Origin: Nemertoderma westbladi
Lineage: Eukaryota; Animalia; Xenacoelomorpha
NCBI GenBank assembly: GCA_032718475.1
Contig: JAUCBJ010009041.1
Span: 84,124-148,123 of the forward strand
Direction: 5' to 3'
DNA length: 64,000 nt
The notes under the pieces: generated by a model
What the model was told of the DNA's origin: nothing
Database searches by the model: none
Seen by the model: only the letters and a program-made list of their open reading frames with translations
Shown here: in pieces, positions 11,276 through 24,009 of the stretch
How the letters are laid out: the number at the start of each line of letters is the position of its first letter
Position numbering within the stretch: the stretch's first letter is position 1
Made by a program: the position numbers and the translations under genes

Positions 11276-11803
11276 CAGCTTTCAGTTGAGGAGTAGTCAT
11301 TAGGCCTATATGCCTAACTGAATGAAGGTGTACCTTACCTATCCGTAAACCATATTGAGTCAACATGCGAAAAAGGGCCCCGCATAAAGTTAACTATAGC
11401 TGTATAGGCTTACCTATGCAACAGTAGCACGCAGTAATGTAGATTAGACCAATTAAAGTTGTAAACAGAAAATTGGAAGCATTCAAGTGTAATAGCCTAA
11501 TCCTTAAATCAAAGAAACCAGCATGCTCTTGCACTATCCAAGTATACAGGTACAAGAGTGCTACCGTGCCGGTACCAGTAGGCCTATTGTTAGGTAGGCC
11601 TCCTCTAATGCTGTATTCACGAACCCACATGTCGACTTAATTTAATTTTATTATTAGTAAGTACAGTACCGGTAACGCTAAAGCTCTGTGGTTGCTGTCG
11701 GGGGCCATTCTGTCGTTCTACAGTTTAGCGTTGTTGGCATATGTAGTTAAACTCTGATACAACCGCCGGCTACCGGTAGGTGCAGGGTGTGTGTGAGGGT
11801 GTG

Positions 11804-11916
<113 letters not shown>

Positions 11917-12039
11917 CTTAAGTCCTACACCTTTAGTCAAACTGAGATATAAAAAATAGATTTTAATGTTTTTATTATTTTATTGACATTAAAACAATTA
12001 TATTATCCCATCACATTACATTACATGCTTAGAGTAAAC

Positions 12040-12636
12040 CTACAGTACATCTTCCACCGCAGTTATTTCTTTCTGTTTATCATCATCAGTCGCAGTTAAA
12101 CGCTTTCTCATGAAAAAGTGTAGAGCCTCATACCCGCCAACACGTTTTGCTGAGCAGTATCGCAGACAGTTATCCCTTATGTTTAAGTGGAACGCGCATT
12201 TACTTTCCATTGTAGTGAATCGGTCGTGAAATCGACAAGGTGTTAAATAATCGTGATATTGCTTATATATTCCCAATTTCTCCACCAAATTTGGCTCGAG
12301 AACATCGAGTTGGGAAACTAATATTGCCCGTTTCAGCAACCCAAATACATGAATATTTTTTTTATATTTTAAATGTCTCTTCATATATTTTTTAAAGTCA
12401 TCTTGAGAAATGTCCCCGTAGTCCCAGGGCAAGTGAGAAGTCATATCCCGTAAATTGTTTACGTGAGCTGCATCTAAAGCTGATAACTTAATATTAGACG
12501 GGCCTTTAATTAAAAACGTCTTTACATTAGTTTTGGTGTAATTAGAATCGTATATTGCAAATTCTTTAAATACTACCGTATACTCTTTATTGTCTATCTT
12601 ATAATATTGAAAATCAACAAAAATAATATTATCCAT
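12040..12636 (-). CDS. Maelstrom-like / DEDD (DnaQ)-fold nuclease-like protein of Polinton type, 198 aa
   Basis: IIFVDFQYY...VFKEFAI...SHLPWDYG...IHVFGLLK...CAFH...YCSAKRV has the E...CxxH...C (ECHC) layout and TH.LP-like motif of MAEL domains. It matches the VDxQGF..KELA..HGLxWxxG..YVKG pattern of Polinton accessory ORFs. Confidence 0.7.
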   Translation of the reverse strand: MDNIIFVDFQYYKIDNKEYTVVFKEFAIYDSNYTKTNVKTFLIKGPSNIKLSALDAAHVNNLRDMTSHLPWDYGDISQDDFKKYMKRHLKYKKNIHVFGLLKRAILVSQLDVLEPNLVEKLGIYKQYHDYLTPCRFHDRFTTMESKCAFHLNIRDNCLRYCSAKRVGGYEALHFFMRKRLTATDDDKQKEITAVEDVL

Positions 12637-12779
12637 TTTATCTGATAAACAAAAGTTAAATAATTAATTACAAAGTTTGTTGGTTTAATTTATAATAATT
12701 AACAAGCCATTTATATAATATAACTTCATTGATTTCTTTTTTTTAAATTTTTTTCAAATTTTTTATTTTTTTCGAATTC

Positions 12780-13860
12780 GCGGGTTGACTAATTAACCAA
12801 AAATAATTTATGCAATTATTTATTTAAATGCAAAGGCTTTTTAGAGGGATGGTCATCAAGTGCCAAAAATTTCATCATTTGTGCACAATGATATCGTGAA
12901 TGGATCCTATTACCAGAATTTTGATAGATGCCTCTGTTCAAAATTTATTTAAAAAAAAAACGATTTTTTGCCGGATTTTTGACAGATTTCGCCATTTTTG
13001 GCCAAAAATTGACACTTGACACATTTTGTTATATATTTCAGCTATAACAAAGAAAATAAAAACAGAGGTAATAGGGGGTCGCCAAATAATCATTCATGCC
13101 AAATCTCAAGAATTCGTTAATTTTTAGAAAAGCCTTTGCGTTTTGAAATTAAAATTTGCATTCTTCATAAAACGCATTTAAAGTTTATGCTTAGGGTAAT
13201 TCTGTCCAATGAAATGTTAGAATGCACACAACCGCACTGAAAATTTTATTGCAAGGGTTTTCCGGGTCGGTGATTTCATTTCTAAAGTCAGTTTACTCAT
13301 TTGACAGAGTCAAGGCTGTCTGTCATTGCTGTCTGTCTGTCCGTCGAAATATAACCGACAGCTGAACAGAGAAACAGACAATGTGAATGACATCAAACAC
13401 GAAAACTGACATCGGAAATGAAAATTTTTAGCTAGTTGGTATGCATTCCTATTACTTTGACAGACAGATCGCTGGACAGACAGAAAAACCGATAGACAGA
13501 CATAGTAGGTTTTGTTAATAGTGTAAATTGACATCGGAAATGAAATCAGCAACCAGGATTACCCCCATAACAAAACTTTTATCTAGTTGGAATGTTTTCC
13601 TTATATTTTGACAGACTGGCAGACGGACATACAGACAGACCGACAATAAGAGAGACAGACTGACAGACAGACATAGAGACAATAGTTTTAGTTAAAAGTG
13701 AAAACTGACGTTTGGAATGAAATCAGCGACCAGGTAAACCCCCATAGCATAACTTTTAACTAGAAATAATGTTTTTGTTATATTTTGACAGATAAACCGT
13801 CAGAAACACAATGCCAGACAGACAATTTTCACAGAAATTTACCCAGAGTAAATCAGAGCA
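12780..13860. mobile_element. Non-autonomous DNA element remnant with (GACA)n tracts (Helentron/HINE-like)
   Basis: Direct repeats of aaa.tgac.t.ggaa.tgaaa(tcagc.accagg) at about 13400, 13525 and 13700, an inverted copy at about 13260-13295, and gacagacaga tracts. Confidence 0.45.
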
Positions 13861-14510
13861 GAGCATCATCACTCATAACTTTTGAACTACATTAGCTATT
13901 AACAAACGGTTTGAAGTTTTGAAATCCTCATAAAAATCTGCACTAGAGGGGATTGTAATCAAACATTGATTTTCTGAATTAGTAAACCCCCCCCCCCCCC
14001 CCCCCCTAACACGTGCGATGAGCCATTTCAGTATAAATTTTGAAATCGAAACTGGAAACCGTTTTATTTCACTACGAGTACCATGATGCAACCTTTAACT
14101 CATTGTATTATGTTTTATGACAAGCTGATGTTACTGTATTGTATTATTTTGAAGTTTGACTTGAAAGGCGCTATATAAGTAAATTTATATTACTATTAAT
14201 ATTACTGATAATGAAAGGGGCGGTGGTAATTAAAAACACGATAACACCCTAATTTAAACATTAAATTGAGGTTGTTTAGGGTATATTTAAATCATTTTAC
14301 TGATATCTTAAACTTCGCACATGTTATTGAGACTTAGAGTTAAAATATAGTTCGATAAACAGTAATTTCTTAGAGTGAAAATATAACCTAATAGGTAATA
14401 TTGCATAATTCTTACTTACAGTTCTATAAAGATTTCATAAAGTGAAAATATTAGGTATATTGCATAAGTTCGAGAAAAGCTACAAAGTTCGAGTTTGTAA
14501 TACAAGTTAA

Positions 14511-16265
14511 TCAGTCGGTGGGTTCATCGAAGATAGATAGAACATTCAACCCGGAGTGGTCTAGGTTAATCCGGTCCAACACACCGCACCGATGGTCCTT
14601 AATATACAGGAAGAATAGAACGATAGCGTGGAATATCGCGTCCCTGCTGGGGCCTAGGTCGAAGGTGCGGCGTTCCAGAACCAGCTGGAACCTCGGCGGA
14701 AACGAGTGGCTCTGGTAGATAACCATCTGGTTCTCAGAGTCCCCGCAAGGCGGCTTCATAGGCGACTTGACAACGTAATTCTGGGAGAATGAGTTCTTGT
14801 GCTCTGGGTTGAATACCATTCGGGAGTCCATATAGCAGCAGAACATGTGAAGGACGATATCCGAGTCGGTGGGGAGACTGTCCTTAGAGTTGGAGGGGTA
14901 ATCCTCGTCGTTCGTGTTAAATTCAGCTAAACAGCCGCCCTTAGCTAGGAGAGAGATGCGTTTAACTAGGTAGTCTTGGTTCGGTGATAGTTCGAGGTAG
15001 GGGATGAGTTGGGATAACTTCGGGATGTGTCTAGTGGATAGAATCCGCAGCGATGCCAACGAGGCTAATCCCAGTCGGCCTTCTAGCATCCCCAGTCGCA
15101 GAAGGTGCTCGTTAACTTCGGAGAAAGCCGAGTCGATTCGGTGGAAGATTGTGGCGGCCAACCACATCCGGAGACGACCGGACCAGAGCGAGAGAAGTGA
15201 CGGGGTTGTCTGGAAGTAGGCGAGTAGAGCGGTGTTCGCGGAAAGTCGTCCCGGGGATCGGTTAGTGGTGGGAGCTGGGGTCGAAGGAGATGGTTGGTAA
15301 ATGGACCGGGAGAGGGAGGGCAGTAGGTCCCACCACGAACGGGCGCAGCTCCACAGGGAAGGACGGAAGGACTGGTCGGTGGGTCGGAAGGAAGGGGGAC
15401 GGTAGAGGGAGTCGTAGGGAGAATGGTCGGCGTAGCCGCTGGTGTAGAGGGGGGAGGGGGCGGGGAAAGAAGAGGGAGAACCGTGGAGGGGAGGGGAGCA
15501 GGTGTGGAACAGGTTGGGTGAGAGAATGGATGAAGAGATAGGAGTTTGTTGGGAGTAAGAGTGGTCCAGGGAGGTGTGTTTAATTAGGGAGTTAGCTAGG
15601 AACGTTCTAGAAGGGGAAATGGAGGGGCGGCGGGCTGGGGATGGAGTTCTTCGGTTCCCCGGATAAAATATAGAACCCGCAGATCCCGGACTGTAGTGGT
15701 TGAGAGTCGAGAAACTTTGGTTGAAGTAGGAAGATCGTTCGTGAATCAATCCGGTGAGGCCAGGGGTGCTGATGCTGTGGGAGAGATAGAAGTTGTCCCG
15801 TTGGTAGGGAGGCGGAGTTAGGTATGAGTTTGTGGAGGATCTGCGGGGCGGGGTGGACAGGGAGAACTCTACGGGTGGTTGCGGAGAGTCGGAACGGGAC
15901 GGCTGGCGCTTATTAGCAACCGTGTTCCCCGTAATTCCACGCAGAACGGCCCACATCTTGGCGAATCTAACGAACCACACGCTGCTGTTCAGGAGGAAGA
16001 CGACCGCTATTGCGCTCTCGAGAAGAGTCACAGCGTGCCAATAGCCGAAACCGAGAAAATTACACAGGGAGATCTCTAGGAGGAATACAATAGCTAGTAG
16101 AAGGTTGAGAGACCCCCAGCCCAACGCCCAAGCCTGATTGCGCCTCGCAAAGTGTTTCTCGAATATGTAAGAAATGTAGGGGCTGTGCAATGCCCCGGCA
16201 GATTTACGTTTCACGTTATCTCCGCTACCGGTAGACATATTATAGTCGAAGGACACATCCATCAT
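14511..16265 (-). CDS. TMEM209: Transmembrane protein 209 (nuclear envelope; CytochromB561_N family), single coding exon, 584 aa
   Basis: Two N-terminal TM helices, an S/P-rich linker, then LRMWLAATI, LIPYLELSPNQDYLVKRISLLAKGGCLAEF, LPTDSDIVLHMFCCYMDSRM and INLDHSGLNVLSIF, all matching TMEM209 blocks. Confidence 0.9.
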   Translation of the reverse strand: MMDVSFDYNMSTGSGDNVKRKSAGALHSPYISYIFEKHFARRNQAWALGWGSLNLLLAIVFLLEISLCNFLGFGYWHAVTLLESAIAVVFLLNSSVWFVRFAKMWAVLRGITGNTVANKRQPSRSDSPQPPVEFSLSTPPRRSSTNSYLTPPPYQRDNFYLSHSISTPGLTGLIHERSSYFNQSFSTLNHYSPGSAGSIFYPGNRRTPSPARRPSISPSRTFLANSLIKHTSLDHSYSQQTPISSSILSPNLFHTCSPPLHGSPSSFPAPSPLYTSGYADHSPYDSLYRPPSFRPTDQSFRPSLWSCARSWWDLLPSLSRSIYQPSPSTPAPTTNRSPGRLSANTALLAYFQTTPSLLSLWSGRLRMWLAATIFHRIDSAFSEVNEHLLRLGMLEGRLGLASLASLRILSTRHIPKLSQLIPYLELSPNQDYLVKRISLLAKGGCLAEFNTNDEDYPSNSKDSLPTDSDIVLHMFCCYMDSRMVFNPEHKNSFSQNYVVKSPMKPPCGDSENQMVIYQSHSFPPRFQLVLERRTFDLGPSRDAIFHAIVLFFLYIKDHRCGVLDRINLDHSGLNVLSIFDEPTD

Positions 16266-19200
16266 CAGGCAATAACGTCACACGTGTGTCGACTGCTAGT
16301 TAGTATCTGTCAGTCTGTTATATTTAATCTGTAATTATCGTCAGTACCAGAGTAGGCTACAGCAGTACCCTAACCAGCTAACCCTACCCACTACCTAGGT
16401 ACCGGTACCGGTATAGCAGGCGTTACGCTGTTACAGCCTACAGGCAACGAACAGACTGACATGTACATGATGTACAAAATAAATAAACAAAAATTAGTTC
16501 AGCTGTTCAGGTAAAACAATTTATTATATGAAATATACTTTTCATGCCCTATATTTTTTACTTCCTATCACCTATGCCCTAGGGCCTATATAATTACTTT
16601 AATGCCCTATATAATTTTATTACTTTTTAGTTTTTATGCCCTATATTTTTTACTAATTACTAGGTCTCATACTGAAGCTTTAGGTCCTCTAGCGTTACTA
16701 GAGTTAAGCGCTAGCTTTTAGGTCCTGGAGCGGCGTTAAGTCCTGTAGCATATATCTGACTGCAGGACTGGTTTTCTAATTCACTGATTTTACAATATTC
16801 CCCACTCTCGTTTATTGTTTAGGTTCCTTTCAACTCGCTTCTGTACTTGCTCCTTTATTAACCTGCCTGGTTTTGGGTGACAGGGGGGAAACTATGGACG
16901 CAAATCCCATCTTGGCGAATTAATATCCCGCCTCAATGTTTAAATTCTCAATTTGGTAAAGATCCTAAATTCGTCAACACCGGGGTCAATTTTTTTTAAT
17001 AGCTAATTAACATCTGAGTTTATTTTTTTACCAGCACATTATTGTATTTTATGGATTCAATAGTGATTAATTGATTATTGGTACCGTTTTTGAAAAATTT
17101 CCCAGTCTTGTGGATAATAATTTTAATTCAATATTATGTTACCTTAGTAGACTAGTACTGTAGGTTGTCCGTTGTGGTGTATACCGTTTGACACAATTTC
17201 GTCGTAGATGGTTTTAAATTAAAAAACAAAGTGTCATTTTCCGTCCCGTCACTATTTGGTTGACTATTATTAATGCTACATTTCTATGAAAGACTTAATT
17301 TGTATGAAACTGTACAAAGTTCTGAGACGTTACTATATTCAGCAAGTTAGAGCCTCAATGGTTAAGTAGTTTTGTACTGGACGCTGCATAACATGTTCGT
17401 GACTGGACGGAATTTTATATTAATTCCGTCCCGTCACGGGCGACGAGTTCCTGGAATTCCTATTTTACTTATATTACTGGTCAACAGAGCAACGATGTCT
17501 GTGAGCATTGAGAGAAGTTAACATAGGCCTACAGTTTTAGTACGGCAAATATTTACCTTGTCCATCTGTCCGTCTATATGTCTGTCTGTCCATATATGTC
17601 TGGATCAATTTTTGGTTCTATCACTTTTGCGTACCGATAGATGTTAGTGTATCATACTGCCATATACATGATTGCTTTGCTACTGACTTCTTACTACAAT
17701 CAGTATCGGTATTTTTTGGGGTATAGAGTGCGACTAGGGGTACCGGTACTGACTGTCTGACCATGTAACTACTGACTGTCTGACCATATGGTTTCCCTCA
17801 ATTGGTAAAGTGACCGCTTATTGTTTTGGTTATAAAAGCATGCCTCTGAAACCTGCTCCTTTCCCTCAATTGAGTGTTTCAGTGTTTCTGAAAACCAACC
17901 AACGGTGTTTTGGACACTTTTGAAAAAAAAATGTCCATCAGTACACTATTGCGACTTCCCCCAATTTTTGAATGTCAACATATCGCGGCAAAATCAATAG
18001 CTACAGTACTGTACAGTAGGTAGGCAAATTAAATTAAATTTGTAGGCCCATGTTTGTTTGTTAAAAACATTGTATCACATCGCAAGATATTTGCACTTTG
18101 TTGCTCTTGGTGGCTGGCTGAGCCATTGCTGCGAACTGAAACAATATTTTACTACTTTCAGTTTCAGTTCGAATAAAACTGTTTATTGGGTATTACAGTT
18201 CCAGTTTCCCAAAAAAATAGTTTCAGTTTCGGTTCTAGCTTTGCATTTCCATTTCAAAGTGTTTCCATGGCTTTTTGAAGTGTTTTCTTACACAGAATCT
18301 ACAGTTAGTAATTGAATATGATTGTATTTTGAGTCCTGGATTTCAAATTCCCTTCCTTATCACGTCATATTCTAACAATTTAATTATTAAAATTCTTTTG
18401 ACGATATCAATTTTATTAGAAATGGTGTGTTAATGTTGGATGTTCGAGGTCATCATATTAGGCAAGACCTTCGCACTTTCCGAGGTGCGTCTGAATTCTT
18501 ATCTTTCTTTGTTTAAAATAAATTGTTGAATTTATTTGTATATTATTGTTTCAAACCTTTAGATCCATAACTTAACAGTAGGCCTACAGTATATAACGAT
18601 AAATAATCTTTTTGACGGCGATATTCCACAATTACAGTAGAAGCTACTGTACTGGGTTGTACTCACAAGGCAATGACTTATTATTGTCTGTGTTACAGAT
18701 AATACTGTAGGTTATAGAAATCAGTTCCATTGGTGTGTCCATGGGGGCGCTGTGTCCATGGGGTCGCGCGGTAAATTAAGTTTAAATTTTGGTGATGCCA
18801 ACAATACTGTACTTATTATTTGGGGCTTAGGTTTGAATTGGCTTAGTTATGTAAAAGATTTTTATTCTGTCTGATAATAAATTCGTGTGAGGGTAGTCTC
18901 GGTGGTGTACGAGAAATTTTCTAGACAACTTCAAACTATAATTATTTTGTTGTAATCATGTAATGAAACATATAAGCTGTTGTGATTATAGAAGATAGAG
19001 AGCAGTTAGCGAAATTATTATTTTATTCTATCGGATAGAGTAGTCGGAGAGGAGTCGAGGTGTCAATTGATTAATAGTAATAAAAGCAGTTGTCATGAAT
19101 TCAATACAATCGCGCACAAGAAGTGATAAGACAAATTCTCTCTTATTTTTGAAAATAAAACAAGTTGAAATGTTTCAATTTAAACCGCGATTTAACAATA

Positions 19201-20250
19201 AATTTAATTAAATACAACATTTTTATATTATTATTTATTATAGCATAGGACATTTCAGTACACTTAGTAGGCCTACCCGATAGTCAACAGAAGTACAACT
19301 CTGTCTAACTAAAATTCATTCAGCTGGTGTGCCGGTGAGTAACCTTGTAAATATTCCCATATAATTCACTGGGAAGAGCTATCAGCTGGGTAACAGTTGA
19401 TGTAGATGTTTGCCTACTGTCTGGGATAGAGTGACTGAGTAAACACAACCTTTCAAAACTAAACTTGGCACAACATTATTTCTCTGCAGTTTGGGCCTAT
19501 TCAATAGCATTCATTTACTAGGCCCTCTCTATCATTTCTTTTTCATGAGCACACCAGCTGGTGTTTCTATCATTGAGTCTATGGCAATTTTCGTGCAATG
19601 GGGATATTTTTCGAAATAAAACAAGTTGAGATATTTCAATTGAAACATATGTTTCAATTTAAACCGCTATTTCACAAGTACCCATAGAAATCTATTTTCA
19701 TGTTTCATGCAAAATTTCATCAAAATCGTTAGAGCCGTTTTTGCTCTAAGTCAGTAGTCAGTTGTCAGTAGTCAGTAGTCAGTAGCTTTTTTTCTTACAG
19801 TAATCAAGTCTAACGAGTTGCTAACTAGAGAATCTTACTGCATGGTAGTGAGTCCATTGATAACGACCAGCTGGCTATGGTTGCCAGGCAATGTCGTTTA
19901 TAAACAGGTGAGGAGTCCATACCAGCTGACAAGTGACACCCTAACTGTACCTACCCTACAGTACCGTACTGTAGTTTAACAGCTGATGCTGTATGTTGAG
20001 ATTTGTACAGTGTACAATCTCAACACACAGTGTACAATGTACACTGTATCACTGTATGCAGGTATGCAACCCGTAAGTCAACATATATTTTTATAAGTCT
20101 TGAAATTAATACAGTATATTGATTATTAATCAACAATTTCTTACTTTTTAATTTAGATTCCGCTGGTTGTATTGTAGTATACTGTAGGCTAGTAATAATA
20201 AATTTAAAATATATTCATTTAAGCATTAATCAACTTTGATACCTTGTAAT

Positions 20251-21177
20251 ATGTTGTGTGAGGTAAACGAGTTATACGGGGGACGTTTCCTAGCGCTATG
20301 GGCAACCCTCACGGTGGGTGCGCTATCGATGCTATTGGTGATGTCCGGCACTCTATTCTGGAAGTATTACGTCAACGCATCCTACCAATCCTGGCGATAC
20401 AAATCCAACCCCAAGTACCCACCGGTGGAGAAAATCCGCGACGAGATAATTACAATGTGTAAAGGGTTAATGGCGGCGACGCTATGTCCCACCGCTGCTA
20501 TATATATGTGTAACCCGGGATATTCCAAAGCCTATTGCGGTGTAGATAAATACGGTTGGCCGTATCTCATAGGTACCTTCTTTTTCTGCTGGTGCCTTTC
20601 GGATTTCCTAGAGTTCTTCTACCATCGCCTCGGCCATATCTACGACAGCCTCTGGAACATCCACAAGTTCCACCACGTATTCTACAATCCTTCACCGTTC
20701 TCTGTTATTGCCGATGAATATTTAGATCAGTTGGTCCGAGCCTCTCCCATTCTCATATATCCTCTCATCTTCCCAGTTAACATCGACATGCTTTTCCTTC
20801 AGTTCGCGGCGTTTTTCTACGCGTACGGCGTTTACCTCCACTCGGGCCACGAGCTCGACTACCCCGACGCCCATCACCCGTGGATAAACACCGCCTTCCA
20901 ACACTACCTACATCACGCCAAGTCCATCAAGAATAAACCCTACCATACCGGCTTTATGATAAAGTTGTGGGATAATTTGTTCGGTTCGATCTATCAGGGA
21001 GATTGCTTCTGCAGTAAATGCTCCCGAGAGAGCGGCGCTCGCTCAGTGGAGGAGTGGGAGAAAGTTGAGAAACAGGATTACTCGCCGCTCTTGGATTTGG
21101 AGTTTTGGTGGACCGGCCAGACGAGAGAAACTCGTAAGCTCACTCAAGGGAAAACCATCAGTTTTGCGCCAATGTAA
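20251..21177 (+). CDS. Sterol desaturase / fatty-acid hydroxylase superfamily protein (ERG3/ERG25-like), about 308 aa
   Basis: Histidine boxes HRLGH, HKFHH and HSGH...HYLHH, the G....LWD.LFGS motif, and hydrophobic segments. First in-frame ATG is at 20251. Confidence 0.88.
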   Translation: MLCEVNELYGGRFLALWATLTVGALSMLLVMSGTLFWKYYVNASYQSWRYKSNPKYPPVEKIRDEIITMCKGLMAATLCPTAAIYMCNPGYSKAYCGVDKYGWPYLIGTFFFCWCLSDFLEFFYHRLGHIYDSLWNIHKFHHVFYNPSPFSVIADEYLDQLVRASPILIYPLIFPVNIDMLFLQFAAFFYAYGVYLHSGHELDYPDAHHPWINTAFQHYLHHAKSIKNKPYHTGFMIKLWDNLFGSIYQGDCFCSKCSRESGARSVEEWEKVEKQDYSPLLDLEFWWTGQTRETRKLTQGKTISFAPM

Positions 21178-21290
21178 TTAATAAGGCACAACTAATACTG
21201 CAAAGTATTTATTTATTAATTAAGTTGATTTGATTATTTATAGATACCATTATGGAGTAATATTCTATACAGTATAATCGTTTTAATGAT

Positions 21291-21400
21291 TAATATCCCG
21301 CCTCAATGTTAAATTCTCAATTTAGGGAAAGGAGCAGGTTACAGTGGCACGTTATTTTAACCAAAACAATAAACTAAACAAAATAGAACAGGTTACAGTT
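21291..21400. mobile_element. Dispersed MITE-like family fragment
   Basis: taatatcccgcctcaatgtt.aaattctcaattt also occurs at 16921. ggagcaggtt.cag.ggca..taaccaaaacaataa also occurs inverted at about 17815-17870 and 37905-37960, and partly at 61855-61895. Confidence 0.55.
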
Positions 21401-22774
21401 TTATTTTTAGGAGTAATCCTCTGTTATTTGCGTCGATTTTCCCCTGGAGAGGGATGAATTTTTATTACGTCGAAGTCCCCCCCCCCCCCCCCCCCATCCC
21501 CCTCCCAATCTGATATCTTCGGAGGGGCTCGATCCTGTTTGGTACAATTCAACCTAAGTATAAATGTTAAGTTTTCTCGGCCTCATTGGCCATGGAAATC
21601 GCACGAAATCTCTGATGACATTGTGAACCTTTATCACTCACTGTCAGTCCCTTTAGAGCATTCATGCTGAAATGACAGCTGAGTTGCGCTTCTTAATAAT
21701 ACTAGTTAATATTTGCACTAAATAAATAATGGGGTTTATAGGGCCTACTATATTAGTTAAGTTCAGATATAATAATATACCGTAACTCACATAAGAACCA
21801 TCCCAGACTTGTAACTACAGCAGGTAAGTTACTGGTTTTATTTCAACCGGCTTATAATGGATAATCCTTTAGTTTCCAGCTATCTTATAAATTTACTGTA
21901 ATATTAATAATATATAATATATTTTATTTTATATGTTAAACGTCTTGTAGGGTGTTTAGTAAAGTAATTAATACATTATTTTTACTTAGCAGTATAAGTA
22001 TTTGTGCTTATCATAAATTAATTTTGAATAATATTTATCTTCATGTGACCGACATACTGTACTGATGGATGTTAATGTTGTTATTAATTGAAACTATTAT
22101 TCCTCCTGATCAGCTACGGAGTTTGATAATGTATAACCTTGTATATGTATCCCTGAGTAAAATAACGAGTATATTTCATTACGCAAATTTATTTTCTTTC
22201 AAAATGAAGTTTTTTATTTGTTTTAACCTGTACGTTCGTCATTCAGTATTGATTATTTTTCTGCAATTTGAATAAATAATGTTATCGGTGACACCAGAGA
22301 TACTCAACATCTGAGCACAGCACTCATCTGAGCGGGACTAATACTGTAACAAACAAAATACGAATTGTATTTAAATAAATGAGATGCTATCGAAATGAGA
22401 CCTTAAGGATGTTACTGTAGATAAACAGGCCATTGCGCAAACAATTACGCTTAATCAATATCTGGTTGTCGCACGGCGTACAGGCCTTGTCATTAATGAG
22501 TCATCCACCTACAAACAATACGGCCTAAATAGTTCATCATTGTTTCTACCAACCATTAGAAGTACGATGAAGTGCTCTTGGAATATTCGCAGAAAGTTTA
22601 TGTGACAGAAACAACTGATTCTAAAGTATTTGCTCTAAAATTATGCAACACTAAATATTAGTAATAATACTACTAATAATAATAACAAAGAGTTGCCTAT
22701 ATATTATATGTTATTTTTTCACTGAATATATGTGATCTATTATTTAATAATTTATTTAACATCAGAAGATTGAG

Positions 22775-22928
22775 TAGGACTACAGTACTGTACAGTAGGC
22801 CTACTGTACAGTACTGTAGGCCTACTGTACAGTACTGTAGGCCTACTGTACAGTACTGTAGGACTACTGTACAGTACTGTAGGCCTACTGTACAGTAGGC
22901 CTATTGTACAGTACTGTAGGCCTACTGT
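22775..22928. repeat. 21-bp tandem repeat built from palindromes (ctactgtacagtactgtaggc)n
   Basis: About 7 units containing TGTACA, AGTACT and AGGCCT. Confidence 0.9.
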
Positions 22929-23401
22929 AAGGCATCATGACAACAACAATACAATCATTGAAATCGCTGTATCTATGGTAGCAATATTATAGTCAAATAA
23001 ATACTCAATATAATAATACTCAAATAAAAAATTTATTTTGTAACACTATATCGCTCTTTCTTTTATTAAAGAATTTAGCAACAATACATTACCAATTTTT
23101 TTTTATGATTTTCCACAGGAAATCGGTTTAATTTACCAATTATATACAATACCAATTACGCAGAACATTTTTTTAATTATTACCTCTACCAATTATTAAA
23201 CTCTTTGGCATTTGGTAAATTAAATAGAGAATAGTGAAAAAAGTTCTACTTTTTTCCCTAATAATTAATAATTTTTATTCCAAAATTGTAGCAATACTCA
23301 ACGCCGTTTGTATTAACAGCGAGTTGTTATTTAGCACTTTACAACTTTAGAGGACATTACAGCATTGTATTGGCCTGTACATTTAGTATTGTATTTGGTG
23401 T

Positions 23402-23492
23402 TATTGTTTACGTGGTAACCCATGACGGCGTTAAGTAATGTCCACTAAGGGGACATTACTTAACGCCGTCATTGGATACCACGTAAACAATA
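23402..23492. repeat. Near-perfect hairpin, 42-bp arms and 7-nt loop
   Basis: tattgtttacgtggtaacccatgacggcgttaagtaatgtcc pairs with ggacattacttaacgccgtcattggataccacgtaaacaata with 2 mismatches. Confidence 0.9.
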
Positions 23493-23756
23493 GGTGGAAA
23501 TTTGCCTGACAGCCAGATAGGCCTACTGCATTACCCTACCGGTTGGCAGGGTATTGCTTTTAATAACCAGTATGGCCTAGCTGTATTATTATAACATGAC
23601 TCCAAAAGCCACCATAAATATAAGCTAACTTATTTATAACATAATTTATGTCATTTTTACAATTATTTATACAGCAACTAATATAATTTGTGCAGTTTCT
23701 ATCACTTATAATGTATATGTTCAATCATTTCGTAATGTTAAAATTTTGGAATAAAA

Positions 23757-23905
23757 CTACACACATACTTGTTGCAAAGCACTTGACAGTGTTCTGATCC
23801 TCGTGGCTTTATTTTCACTCACCCACTAACGTTCGTTCGTGTAACAAAGCCACTCGGATCATCACACTGTAAAGTGATACTTTACACATAAGTATGTAAA
23901 TAGTT
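23757..23905. mobile_element. Palindromic MITE-like element
   Basis: acatactt..cactt.acagtgt..tgatcc..gtggcttt pairs with aaagccac..ggatca..acactgt.aagtg..aagtatgt around a ctaacgttcg core. Confidence 0.6.
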
Positions 23906-24009
23906 AATTATTATTCCATCTTTATACTAGCTAAAATTTGATAATATGATAGTGATTTGATATTGTATTATAAATAAATGACTATAATTGTTAACTATTT
24001 ACACAACGA

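Noticed and set aside
12780-13860. Candidate right TIR of the Polinton-like element
   Set aside because: Only a ~9-bp match (gatggtcat) to the left region. It looks like an independent (GACA)n-containing element.
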